DNA of 39,650 nt, taken from the NCBI GenBank assembly GCA_050293225.1, contig JBNKMQ010000252.1, positions 1 to 39,650 on the forward strand, read 5' to 3'. The notes below the pieces were generated by a model. That model saw nothing but the letters and a program-made list of their open reading frames with translations, did not search any database and was not told the origin of the DNA. This stretch comes from Sedimenticolaceae bacterium. GTDB lineage: Bacteria > Pseudomonadota > Gammaproteobacteria > Chromatiales > Chromatiaceae. Positions 29,877 through 39,628 of this stretch are shown here, one piece after another. The translations under genes and the position numbers were made by a program. Each line of letters starts with the position of its first letter. Position 1 is the first letter of the stretch.

Positions 29877-30705
29877 AGTACTCTCCTGAGTGGCGATTCT
29901 GATAGTCCGAAATGGTTGCGACTTCGTTGAGCAATGTTGAGAGAGGTGGGATATTGAAATCACGTTCCAACAGCGTTGGAAAGACACCGAACTTAGCGTA
30001 GGCGTAGTCCAACATATCCCACACTGGCTGTATCACGTCACAGCCATGGGTATCGACGCGCAGATCCTCCGCCTCGACGTAGTGTCCTGCAACGTGACAG
30101 TAGACAATACGCTCAGCAGGTATCAGGTTAAGAAACTCGTAAGGGTCGTATTTATGATTGATGCTGTTGACATAGATGTTGTTGATATCAAGATGCAGAT
30201 CGCAATCCGCCTCATCAATCACTGCATTGAGGAACTCGATCTCATCCATCTCCTGTCCGGGGGCAGCGTAGTATGAAACGTTTTCCATTCCGATGCGCAT
30301 CTCCAGGATCTCCTGAACCCGTTGAATACGCTTCGCCACATAACTCACCGCCTCACTGGTAAAAGGAATCGGCATAAGGTCGTACAGATGACCACCCGCT
30401 GAGCTGTAGGAGAGATGTTCCGTATAGACATCGATATCGTGCTGCCGCATAAACCCCTTTAAACGCAGAAGAAAGGTTTCATCGAGCGGATCCGGTCCAC
30501 CGATGGATAGGGACAGGCCATGACAAACGAAGAGATGTTTTTCTGTCAATGCACGAAACTTACGCCCAAGCGCTCCCCCGATTCCGATCCAGTTTTCCGG
30601 CGCGATCTCCCAAAAATCAGCCGGGCAATTCTCGTAAGTCAGCGCCTCATCCAAAAAGCTACGACGCAAGCCAAGTCCGGCACCTGAGATTGGATATTGC
30701 TTCAT
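29854..30705 (-). CDS. DUF692 multinuclear non-heme iron-dependent oxidase (MNIO; HvfB/BufB-like)
   Basis: GLGLRR, EIAPENW, HGLSLSIG, TEHLS, ENVSYY, LDINNIYVN, HVAGH, DTHG, LLERD. Confidence 0.95.
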   Translation of the reverse strand: MKQYPISGAGLGLRRSFLDEALTYENCPADFWEIAPENWIGIGGALGRKFRALTEKHLFVCHGLSLSIGGPDPLDETFLLRLKGFMRQHDIDVYTEHLSYSSAGGHLYDLMPIPFTSEAVSYVAKRIQRVQEILEMRIGMENVSYYAAPGQEMDEIEFLNAVIDEADCDLHLDINNIYVNSINHKYDPYEFLNLIPAERIVYCHVAGHYVEAEDLRVDTHGCDVIQPVWDMLDYAYAKFGVFPTLLERDFNIPPLSTLLNEVATISDYQNRHSGEYYAKSAHC

Positions 30706-30741
30706 TGTTTGACTCTCTTTAGATCATTTATTCTTTCCCTG

Positions 30742-30772
30742 GATGGGCTTCGGCAGATTGCCGAAGCCCATC
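30742..30772 (-). promoter_or_regulatory. Intercistronic stem-loop 3' of the RiPP precursor gene
   Basis: Perfect 14-bp stem GATGGGCTTCGGCA / TGCCGAAGCCCATC with a 3-nt loop and no U-tract on the minus strand. Confidence 0.7.
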
Positions 30773-30777
30773 TCCCA

Positions 30778-31047
30778 TCATTTATCGCCGCCGCACTTGC
30801 CTTCGCCGCATTTACCTTCGGAAGACTTGTTGTCACCGCACTTACCCTCACCACATTTGCCTTCTGAGGATTTGCTGTCACCACACTTGCCTTCACCACA
30901 TTTACCTTCATTCATGGCCACCTGCATGTAACCGCTGGAGAGCTGCTGCATACCGAATGGGTTGTCAGCATAGGCTTGATTCAGCATCGCCATGGAGCCG
31001 AGCATTACTGCACCGAGGGTTAAGTTGACAGTGGTTTTGTTTTTCAT
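30778..31047 (-). CDS. Secreted RiPP precursor with six EGKCG motifs (HvfA/oxazolin-like)
   Basis: SD TAGGAG; Sec signal ending AYA; NPFGMQQLSSGY; then EGKCGEGKCG three times with DxKSS spacers. Confidence 0.92.
   Translation of the reverse strand: MKNKTTVNLTLGAVMLGSMAMLNQAYADNPFGMQQLSSGYMQVAMNEGKCGEGKCGDSKSSEGKCGEGKCGDNKSSEGKCGEGKCGGDK
30781..30910 (-). repeat. 45-bp coding tandem repeat, about three copies
   Basis: Each unit encodes EGKCGEGKCGD(S/N)KSS, with synonymous differences between copies. Confidence 0.85.
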
Positions 31048-31189
31048 TGCTTATCTCCTATTGGATATAAAAATTTATAATGCCTTTGTTGTACGCACCA
31101 TCCAGCCATCTGGTTTCACTGATTTAATCGAATAAACCGGCTCACTGGTGCGTCGGCATGTTGATCATCCTGGATAAGCTTCAACTCAC

Positions 31190-31219
31190 AATCACGCAAA
31201 GTTCACAGAATTATCACAG
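31190..31219 (-). promoter_or_regulatory. Three direct repeats at 11-bp spacing (OmpR/PhoB-type site candidate)
   Basis: TCAC(G/A) at 31192, 31203 and 31214; the minus strand reads CTGTGATAATT CTGTGAACTTT GCGTGAT. Confidence 0.4.
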
Positions 31220-31340
31220 GCAGGAGTTTGCAGCTCGATCTACGATAAGCAGTCGAGTTAAAGAAGATTATTTGCAAGAATCAGGGAGGGTTCAGATGGG
31301 TCTCTATCGCACTTCAGCCACAAGGGTAGATAGCTCGAAT

Positions 31341-32378
31341 TCAATCGCTCTCATTCAGATGGGATCCGTACCGCTCCATCAGATAGCAGAGACAGTCCTG
31401 GCGTATCACCTCGATATCTTTGGTCAGCATGGAGGGCATCACCGTACGATTCAAGGTAATCAGGCCCTCTTCAATCTGCAGGTAATCTTGCGAGACATCT
31501 CTTCCCTGCTCATCCCTGACATCGAGAAGATGACTGAGATCTACCCCATTGACCCGACCGAGGGGAGTACCGGCTGGCAACTCCTGAAAGTTCATACGAT
31601 CCAGATCGGGCTCAAAGGATATATCACTCTCTCCAACAGAGAATCCAACAGTGGCATCTGCCGCCACCGTCACCCTGGCCACCGTATGAAAGAGATCGAG
31701 ATCCTGAGCCGATACTGCATGTTCAGGATGGGCTGAGAGATGCAGACAGGCATCTAGATACTGTTCAGCATGTTCAACTCCATGTGCCTGCCCCACCTTG
31801 CCGCACTCCAAAGTTACTGCCGGACAGAGTTCCGCAAACGCCATCGACTGAACCCCCTTGGGGCGCAGGAAATAGACCACAGTCCGGCTGAACAGCAGAG
31901 CCAGATGAAGAAACTTGGTGTCCAATCGGTTGACGCAGGCGTAGTGAGGATTCATACCGGTATTGTTGTGTACATCGATGCTGGCGAAGGGGTTTCGCTC
32001 CCGCATGATCTCAACCACCTGTCGCATCATTTGATGCTGAGGGATGTCGTCATCTGACTCGCTCCCCGGCCAGATCCGGTTGAAGTCTGGCTGATCGGGT
32101 AACTTTCGAAGCCCCCTCGACGCAGCCTCAACATTTCCGATAAAGAGACTCATAGCGCGAGGCAGGGTCTTGCCCGCTTCATATTTTGTCAGCAGTCGCC
32201 GAACAGCCTCCCACCCAACGGTCTCATTACCATGCATGAGGACAGAGACAAACAGGGGCTCCGGCCGGCGTCCTGGAAGATGGATCAACGTCGGCCCTTG
32301 CAGGTAGTCGATCAGCCGGTCCGCTTCGGTCTGCAACAGCCCCTCGGGTAAACAATCAAGCTCTGTCAACATACTCAT
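31341..32378 (-). CDS. M14-like zinc hydrolase (succinylglutamate desuccinylase/aspartoacylase family)
   Basis: HGNE, DFNR, IDVHN and TLECG motifs; no signal peptide. Confidence 0.85.
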   Translation of the reverse strand: MSMLTELDCLPEGLLQTEADRLIDYLQGPTLIHLPGRRPEPLFVSVLMHGNETVGWEAVRRLLTKYEAGKTLPRAMSLFIGNVEAASRGLRKLPDQPDFNRIWPGSESDDDIPQHQMMRQVVEIMRERNPFASIDVHNNTGMNPHYACVNRLDTKFLHLALLFSRTVVYFLRPKGVQSMAFAELCPAVTLECGKVGQAHGVEHAEQYLDACLHLSAHPEHAVSAQDLDLFHTVARVTVAADATVGFSVGESDISFEPDLDRMNFQELPAGTPLGRVNGVDLSHLLDVRDEQGRDVSQDYLQIEEGLITLNRTVMPSMLTKDIEVIRQDCLCYLMERYGSHLNESD

Positions 32379-33800
32379 CTACAATGACCACTCATGTACC
32401 GCAAGCCCACTCTCCTGTTGTTGCAGGTAGTCTTGCATCAACGTTGAAAAATCCCTGCCGTGACGCGCCACCCAGGCACGCTGCCAGGCGGCCCCGGTCT
32501 GACGCTTCTCCACCCGATGCTCGATAATACCTAGCCAATGGGCTATCTCATCTCCATCGACCTGAAGATAGGCAAGTCCAGCCGCCGCCACGGGCAACAG
32601 CTTCTCTTGAATCAGCCTGCCCATCTCAACCCTTTCGATACCGAACCAGGCGACTTCAGCGGAAAGGCCTCGCCGCGCGGCCGCATAGAAGTTGTTACTG
32701 GCACGATCGAATTTCAGACGATCCGTCGGCTCGCTCTCTCCCTCCAGCAGACCGAAGACCAGACCGATGTAGAAGGCGGCATTGGCGATTGAATCAATCA
32801 CTGTCGGTCCCGCAGGTACAACCCGGTGTTCGATTCTCAGTTGCGCTTGGCCCTGCTGATTGAATCCGATCAGGGGGCGGTTCCAACGCCAGATCGTGCC
32901 GTTGTGAAGTCGCAGATGTGGTAGTTGTTCAACAGGCTCATCCATCAAGAGCGGCAGCAACACCGGGTATCTCAACAGATTGGCGGTGAAGTTCTCCATC
33001 ATCGATTCATAGACGTAGCGAATACCGAAGCTGACACGCTTGGTGAGATCGGAACCACCGACGGAGATGGCCTGCTCAAACAAAGGAATGCGGGTCTCAT
33101 CCCAGAGATCATGTTCAAACAGATAGGGGGAGTTGGCGCTCACCGCCACCACCGGCGCAGAGACGATCTTGGAGAGGTTATAGACCGTCGATGCGAATTC
33201 CGGCTTGGGTTGAAGATGGATCTGAAATGAAGTCGCCGCCGACTCCAGCATCACGTCGTCATGGATAAGATTGAGGCCATCCTGGCCCTCTATATTCATC
33301 TGAATGGGCTCACCATAACGCAGGCGAAAGATCTGCTCATTCAGGGCGCGATAACGATTCAAGGGCGACATATTCGCCAGGGATAACGCAGACTGTTTCA
33401 GGGTCGGCAGTATGCCGATCATGGCCAACTGCATTTCCATCTCTGCAGCGCGCTGATTAACCCGCTGCCAGATCGCGCCCAGCTCCTGCGCCATCAAGCT
33501 GAAGACATCACCCTTTATCGGTCTGGCCAGGCTATTGAATTCGATGTTGAATGTCGCCAGCTCCGGCACCACCATTGGATCATTGAAGCCATCGAACAGA
33601 CGTTGATTTTCAGGTGCCGGATCAGCAGTTCGCCTATCCAGCAGACAGGCCTCGAGCTCAAATCCCCCTTGAGTCTGGGAACTGGCCAGGCGTCCCTCTT
33701 TAAACCATTCGGCCAGCAGTTGGGTCTCTACCTCCAGACGGCGTTTGAACTCGGCGAAATCCCGCTCGTGAAAACGGCTTGAAGGTATCTCTTGTCCCAT
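32379..33800 (-). CDS. Glutamate--cysteine ligase (GCS2)-fold carboxylate-amine ligase
   Basis: GFELE, PELATFNIE, SFQIHL, SANSP, WRWNRP, LRIEHR motifs. Substrate cannot be determined from sequence. Confidence 0.82.
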   Translation of the reverse strand: MGQEIPSSRFHERDFAEFKRRLEVETQLLAEWFKEGRLASSQTQGGFELEACLLDRRTADPAPENQRLFDGFNDPMVVPELATFNIEFNSLARPIKGDVFSLMAQELGAIWQRVNQRAAEMEMQLAMIGILPTLKQSALSLANMSPLNRYRALNEQIFRLRYGEPIQMNIEGQDGLNLIHDDVMLESAATSFQIHLQPKPEFASTVYNLSKIVSAPVVAVSANSPYLFEHDLWDETRIPLFEQAISVGGSDLTKRVSFGIRYVYESMMENFTANLLRYPVLLPLLMDEPVEQLPHLRLHNGTIWRWNRPLIGFNQQGQAQLRIEHRVVPAGPTVIDSIANAAFYIGLVFGLLEGESEPTDRLKFDRASNNFYAAARRGLSAEVAWFGIERVEMGRLIQEKLLPVAAAGLAYLQVDGDEIAHWLGIIEHRVEKRQTGAAWQRAWVARHGRDFSTLMQDYLQQQESGLAVHEWSL

Positions 33801-33804
33801 CTGC

Positions 33805-34494
<690 letters not shown>

Positions 34495-34583
34495 TCATAA
34501 TAACCTTCTGTTTGAGAGTGGATCATACAATGTGTGCAACAGCCAGCGCCAAGACCGCATCAACGATCATTCACCCAATAATC

Positions 34584-34605
34584 AAAAAAGGGCCTTACGG
34601 CCCTT
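34584..34605 (-). terminator. Intrinsic terminator downstream of rho
   Basis: Minus strand reads AAGGGCC GTAA GGCCCTTTTTT. Confidence 0.8.
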
Positions 34606-34633
34606 CTCTTGTGAGTCAAATCGAAGCGGGGTA

Positions 34634-35890
34634 TTAACCCTTCATCGCATCGAAAAACTCATCATTGGTCTTGGAGACTTTCATTTTGTCGAAGAGGAAC
34701 TCCATCGCCGCCAGTTCATCCATGGGATGAAGGATCTTGCGCAGAATCCACATCTTCTGCAGCTCGTCAGGCTTCATCAGAAGCTCTTCACGGCGAGTGC
34801 CTGAGCGGTTGATATTGATCGCGGGGAAGATACGCTTCTCAGCAATACGGCGATCCAGATGGACTTCCATATTGCCGGTACCCTTGAACTCCTCGTAGAT
34901 GACATCGTCCATTCGGGAACCGGTCTCAACCAGGGCGGTAGCCAGGATCGTCAGGGAGCCGCCCTCTTCCACATTCCTCGCGGCACCGAAGAAACGCTTT
35001 GGCCGCTGCAGGGCGTTGGCGTCGACACCACCGGTCAGCACCTTACCTGAAGAAGGAACGACCGTATTGTAAGCACGGGCGAGACGGGTGATGGAGTCGA
35101 GCAGGATAACCACATCTTTCTTATGTTCGACCAGACGCTTGGCCTTCTCGATGACCATCTCAGCGACCTGCACGTGACGGGTGGCCGGTTCATCGAAGGT
35201 ACTGGAGATAACCTCACCGCGAACCGAGCGAGCCATCTCCGTCACCTCTTCAGGACGCTCGTCGATGAGCAGTACGATGACATAACACTCAGGATGATTG
35301 TGCGTGATCGACTGGGCGATATTCTGCAGCATCATGGTCTTACCCGCTTTCGGCGGGGAGACGATCAGGCCACGCTGGCCCTTGCCGATGGGCGCGCAAA
35401 GGTCGATGGTTCTGGCGGTGATGTCTTCGGTGCTGCCGTTACCGATCTCGAGATGAAATCGCTTGTTGGCAAACAGGGGGGTGAAGTTTTCAAACAGGAT
35501 TTTGCTCTTGGCATTCTCCGGTTTGTCGTAGTTGATCTCGTCAACCTTGAGCAGTGCAAAGTAGCGTTCGCCGTCCTTCGGTGGGCGAATTTTACCGGAG
35601 ATAGTGTCGCCGGTACGCAGACTGAAACGTCTGATCTGACTGGGTGAGACATAGATGTCATCCGGGCCGGCAAGATAGGAGCTGTCTGCCGATCGCAGAA
35701 AGCCGAATCCATCTTGCAGGATCTCCAGTACCCCATCGCCAAAGATGCTTTCACCTTTTTTGGCGTGGGCCTTCAAGATCGCGAAGATCAGGTCCTGCTT
35801 ACGGGTACGGGCCATGCCCTCAATCTTCATCTCTCGGGCGAGATCGGCCAGTTCTGCAACCGGCATCTTCTTTAATTCAGTCAGATTCAT
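34634..35890 (-). CDS. rho: Transcription termination factor Rho
   Basis: [37 protein letters not shown]. Confidence 0.99.
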   Translation of the reverse strand: MNLTELKKMPVAELADLAREMKIEGMARTRKQDLIFAILKAHAKKGESIFGDGVLEILQDGFGFLRSADSSYLAGPDDIYVSPSQIRRFSLRTGDTISGKIRPPKDGERYFALLKVDEINYDKPENAKSKILFENFTPLFANKRFHLEIGNGSTEDITARTIDLCAPIGKGQRGLIVSPPKAGKTMMLQNIAQSITHNHPECYVIVLLIDERPEEVTEMARSVRGEVISSTFDEPATRHVQVAEMVIEKAKRLVEHKKDVVILLDSITRLARAYNTVVPSSGKVLTGGVDANALQRPKRFFGAARNVEEGGSLTILATALVETGSRMDDVIYEEFKGTGNMEVHLDRRIAEKRIFPAININRSGTRREELLMKPDELQKMWILRKILHPMDELAAMEFLFDKMKVSKTNDEFFDAMKG

Positions 35891-36054
35891 AGTTTTTTAA
35901 GTGGTTTTCAGAAGTTGTTTCTGGAATGGTTGTCGCCCTTGTTGGGCGTAATGGATTGGTTGATTCTTGTTACTGGCTGGGACGCGAACTGTCCGACTTG
36001 ATCTAGAGGAAGGTTATTTGGAAAGCGGTTATACGCGCCCAGCCTGGATTCTGT

Positions 36055-36381
36055 TTATAGATTGCTATCGATAAATGCGACAAGTTGCGACTTGGATACA
36101 GCGCCCACCTTGGTCGCCTCGACCTCGCCATTCTTGAACAACATCAGGGTGGGTATACCACGGATGCCGTAGCGGGGAGGTGTATTGGGGTTTTCGTCGA
36201 TATTCAACTTGGCGATTTTCAGTCTACCTGAGTAATCCCCTGCGATCTCATCCAACACCGGCGCGATCATCTTACAGGGGCCACACCACTCCGCCCAGTA
36301 GTCAATTAATACGGGCTCGTTGGACTTTAGTACGTCAGATTCAAACGAATCATCGGTCACATGAACAATATGCTCACTCAT
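36055..36381 (-). CDS. trxA: Thioredoxin 1
   Basis: WCGPCK, IRGIPTL; trxA-rho synteny. Confidence 0.98.
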   Translation of the reverse strand: MSEHIVHVTDDSFESDVLKSNEPVLIDYWAEWCGPCKMIAPVLDEIAGDYSGRLKIAKLNIDENPNTPPRYGIRGIPTLMLFKNGEVEATKVGAVSKSQLVAFIDSNL

Positions 36382-36502
36382 CGAATTGAGTATCTCCGAT
36401 TTATTGTGGGAGTTTACCGGGACGTAAGCGGACTGCAGCTACGCTCCTTACCAAGAATCCAGAACGACTCCGTGGGACATTGAAAATGAGATAACGGGGA
36501 GG

Positions 36503-36530
36503 ACATCTGGACGAGATGTGGATATTCAAG
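36503..36530 (-). promoter_or_regulatory. Possible sigma32-type promoter for trxA
   Basis: Minus strand CTTGAA-N14-CCAGATGT, compared with consensus CTTGAA-N13/15-CCCCATnT. Confidence 0.25.
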
Positions 36531-36595
36531 CCCATATCTCACCATTTTTCAAGAGTTCAATAGCAATTTATGGGCTATTTCCCAATAAAAGTCCG

Positions 36596-36904
36596 CTATT
36601 CAGCCGCCGAATTCTCCAACAGCGCATCAATCTGACACAGATGGGCGATTGAGACGATGCTGTCAGGTAGTTGATTCACCGCCACCTGCACCCCTTTATC
36701 GGCCGCTGCGGCCTTCCACTCCAACAGCAGGGCAAGCCCTGCACTGTCGGCAGCGGTCACCTGGGAGAGATCAATCTCTACATCCTGGGAGCCACTGAAA
36801 TAACTCTCTGACTGCTTCAGCAGTTGTTTGGCCGTGGAGAATGTCATCTCACCCACCACACGAAAATGGAAGGCACCGTCACGCTCGATGCGGGCATCGG
36901 TCAT
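36596..36904 (-). CDS. mlaB: STAS-domain protein MlaB
   Basis: IDLSQVTAADSAGLALLLEW; last gene of the mla operon. Confidence 0.85.
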   Translation of the reverse strand: MTDARIERDGAFHFRVVGEMTFSTAKQLLKQSESYFSGSQDVEIDLSQVTAADSAGLALLLEWKAAAADKGVQVAVNQLPDSIVSIAHLCQIDALLENSAAE

Positions 36905-36907
36905 CGA

Positions 36908-37387
36908 TTATTCTTCCGTTGCCATAGCGTTCTCTTCCGCCTTGCTGAAGAGGAACTGGCCGATAATCTCTTCCAGCACCAGGGCCGACTGGGTAATCAT
37001 GATCTCGCTACCCTGTTCGAGATTCTCCAGGCTACCGCCGGGATCGAGCCCGACATACTGCTCACCCAAGAGACCGGAGGTATAGATCTTGGCGATGGTA
37101 TCGTCCGGAATTGAACGATAGCCATCCTCTATCAACATCGTCACCACCGCCTCGAAGCTCTTCTGGTCATAACCGATACCCACCACCCGACCGATCTTGA
37201 CCCCCGACATGGAGACCGGCGACCTGACTTTAAGCCCACCGATGTTGTCAAATCGGGCGGTGATCTCATAGCCCTTGCCGTCGGTGATGCTTGCGAGATT
37301 ACTCACCTGCATGGCAAGGAAGAACAGCGCCACCAACCCAGCCGCCATGAATGCGCCGACAGTAATCTCCAGCTGTCTCATTTTCAT
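36908..37387 (-). CDS. mlaD: MCE protein MlaD
   Basis: EITVGAF, FDNIGGLKVRSPV, TSGLLGEQYVGL, TQSALVLE. Confidence 0.96.
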   Translation of the reverse strand: MKMRQLEITVGAFMAAGLVALFFLAMQVSNLASITDGKGYEITARFDNIGGLKVRSPVSMSGVKIGRVVGIGYDQKSFEAVVTMLIEDGYRSIPDDTIAKIYTSGLLGEQYVGLDPGGSLENLEQGSEIMITQSALVLEEIIGQFLFSKAEENAMATEE

Positions 37388-37390
37388 CGA

Positions 37391-38170
37391 TTATTCTCCA
37401 AACATCAGTGCAGTGAGGACAAAGTCGAGCACCAGCACAGCAAGCGCCGAATGTACCACGGTGCGGGTGGTGGAACGGCTCACCCCGGTGGAGGTCGGCA
37501 AAGTATCATAGCCTTGAAACAGGGCGATCCAGGTACAGACAACGCCAAACACCAAGCTCTTGATGACGCCGTTGATGATATCCTCGTTCCAGTCGATCTT
37601 CGACTGCATCTGGCTCCAGAAAGCCCCTTCATCCACTCCCAACAGACCGACGCCGACGAAATATCCCCCGATGGCGCCGACGGCGCTGAACATGGCAGCA
37701 AGCAATGGCATGGAGATAAATCCAGCAAAAAACCTGGGAGTGAGTATCCGTCGAACCGGATCGACTGCCATCATCTCCAGACCTGAGAGCTGCTCGGTCG
37801 CCTTCATAAGGCCGATCTCTGCAGTCAGGGCGGAACCGGCACGACCGGCGAATAGCAGGGCGGTAACTACCGGCCCGAGTTCCCTGACCAATGAAGCCGC
37901 AACCATAACACCCAGGCTGTCTTCAGCAGCGAATTGGGAGAGCACATAGTAGCCTTGCAGACTCAGGACCATGCCGACAAAGAGACCGGAGACGACGATA
38001 ATCGTCAGGGTGCGCACACCGATACTATGCAGCTGCGCCAGCAGTAGTCCGGGACGGGAAAGCAGACTGGTAATGCCCGCCAGGATCTGGATGAAAAGCA
38101 GGTGTCCTCGACCCAGACGCTCAAATGTCTCGATCCCTTTACGGCCGAAACCTGCCAGCATATCCAGCAT
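37391..38170 (-). CDS. mlaE: ABC permease MlaE
   Basis: [32 protein letters not shown]; ATG 38170 overlaps the mlaF stop. Confidence 0.97.
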   Translation of the reverse strand: MLDMLAGFGRKGIETFERLGRGHLLFIQILAGITSLLSRPGLLLAQLHSIGVRTLTIIVVSGLFVGMVLSLQGYYVLSQFAAEDSLGVMVAASLVRELGPVVTALLFAGRAGSALTAEIGLMKATEQLSGLEMMAVDPVRRILTPRFFAGFISMPLLAAMFSAVGAIGGYFVGVGLLGVDEGAFWSQMQSKIDWNEDIINGVIKSLVFGVVCTWIALFQGYDTLPTSTGVSRSTTRTVVHSALAVLVLDFVLTALMFGE

Positions 38171-39000
38171 CAATTGCTTCCCCGCATACTCAACAGATCC
38201 TCTTCCAGCGTGGGGGCGTCGTAGTGAAAGCCGACAGGCCCATCGGGCAGTCCACTCATAAACTGGCGCACCGACGGAGATGTTGACCCTTTCAGCTCAT
38301 CGGGAGTTCCCCGCTCGATCACCTTGCCCTTGTCGATCACATAGACCAGATCGGCAATCGCCAGGGTCTCCTCCACATCGTGGGAGACCAGGATGCTGGT
38401 TAGTCTGGCTGCATCATTGAGACGTCGCACCAGCTGTGCCAGTACACCCATGGAAATCGGATCCTGACCGGTAAATGGCTCGTCATACATTACCATCATC
38501 GGATCCAGCGAGATCGCCCGGGCCAGAGCCACCCGTCGCGCCATGCCGCCGGAGAGCGCCGAAGGCATCAACTCCCTGGCGCCACGCAGGCCTACCGCCT
38601 CCAGCTTCATCAGGACAAGCCGACGGATCATGGTCTCCGGCAGGTCGGTATGCTCCCGCAGTGGATAGGCCACATTGTCATAGACGTTTAGGTCAGTCAG
38701 CAACGCGCCGGTCTGAAACAGCATCCCCATGCGCATACGCAGTTCATAAAGCGCTTTGCGGGAGAGTTTGTGAACATTTTGCCCATCGACTTCGATGGTT
38801 CCCTGGTCAGGCTGAAGCTGACCGCCGATCAGCTTCAGCAGCGTGGTTTTGCCGGTGCCACTGGGGCCCATGATGGCGGTGACTTTTCCGCGGGGAATCT
38901 CAAGACTAACGCCATCGAAAATCACTCGATCACCACGAGAGAAGTGGAGATTCTGAATCTTTATGAGTGGTTCACTGTAATTAGCGGGGGAACTCTGCAT
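38170..39000 (-). CDS. mlaF: ABC ATPase MlaF
   Basis: [30 protein letters not shown]. Confidence 0.96.
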   Translation of the reverse strand: MQSSPANYSEPLIKIQNLHFSRGDRVIFDGVSLEIPRGKVTAIMGPSGTGKTTLLKLIGGQLQPDQGTIEVDGQNVHKLSRKALYELRMRMGMLFQTGALLTDLNVYDNVAYPLREHTDLPETMIRRLVLMKLEAVGLRGARELMPSALSGGMARRVALARAISLDPMMVMYDEPFTGQDPISMGVLAQLVRRLNDAARLTSILVSHDVEETLAIADLVYVIDKGKVIERGTPDELKGSTSPSVRQFMSGLPDGPVGFHYDAPTLEEDLLSMRGSN

Positions 39001-39396
39001 AAACTTAGTGACTTTCCGCTATGTGAAATAAACCGCTATTGTGTAGGTTGACGATTTATGGGTCAAGCAAACCTCTCCCACGCCTACTTAAAGCTGAAGC
39101 ACTCAATAAAGCAGGGGAAATATCTGTGGCAGCCTTAGCTTCTTCCGGTCATGAAACTCCAGCAATTATTTCAACGGGAATATCACAATCAGAGTATGAC
39201 GAATTCGAACAGCTAACATCCCAATCGCCACCATGGAGGTGCAATGAAGGTTCCTCAGTGCGGAATAGGTAATCTAATAGCGGAATCAACGATGGGGTTA
39301 GCTCAAAAAGCCAGCCAGAAACTTCTGGTTACAACAAAAAACAAGGATACAGAGATCTATTCGTAGATCAGTTGGCAGGTTAGCTTCAATCTATTC

Positions 39397-39563
39397 TTAA
39401 GGGACCATTGAATAAGTCCGGGCCGAACAGATTGTCGATCGAAATATGCCGATTCAAGGCGCTGATCGCACGTTATAGCAAGCTATTGCGAAGATCTGCA
39501 ACGCCGAAGCGGTGCATTTTGGCGGCAAGATGTCGATCCATGACTTGTTCAGAGATTCCTTAA
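39397..39563. mobile_element. Non-autonomous IS5-like miniature element (MITE), 159 bp, with TTAA flanks
   Basis: Left end GGGACCATTGAATAAGTC (39401). Right end reverse complement GGAATCTCTGAACAAGTC (ends 39559). TTAA at 39397-39400 and 39560-39563. Interior is self-complementary. Confidence 0.7.
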
Positions 39564-39600
39564 ATAATATCTAGAGCTAATACAGGCTACCCCACCAAGA

Positions 39601-39628
39601 TCCTGGCTCTGGCAAAGCAGAGCCAGGA
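39601..39628. terminator. Hairpin, probably at the 3' end of a gene outside the window
   Basis: 11-bp stem TCCTGGCTCTG / CAGAGCCAGGA with a 6-nt loop. Confidence 0.45.

Noticed and set aside
29877-29987. N-terminal extension of the DUF2063 ORF given in the ORF track
   Set aside because: It overlaps DUF692 extensively; ATG 29876 has a good SD.
30781-30910. Possible CRISPR-like repeat array
   Set aside because: No unique spacers, variation is mostly synonymous, and no cas genes are present.
30702-30931. Alternative-frame repetitive ORFs over the precursor (KVNVVK..., SPHLP...)
   Set aside because: By-products of the 45-bp coding repeat; only the EGKCG frame has an SD and signal peptide.
31158-31736. 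192-aa plus-strand ORF
   Set aside because: Mostly antisense to the M14 hydrolase, with no motifs.
39039-39330. Short ORFs on both strands upstream of mlaF
   Set aside because: No SD or recognisable homology; treated as intergenic, though a decayed gene cannot be excluded.
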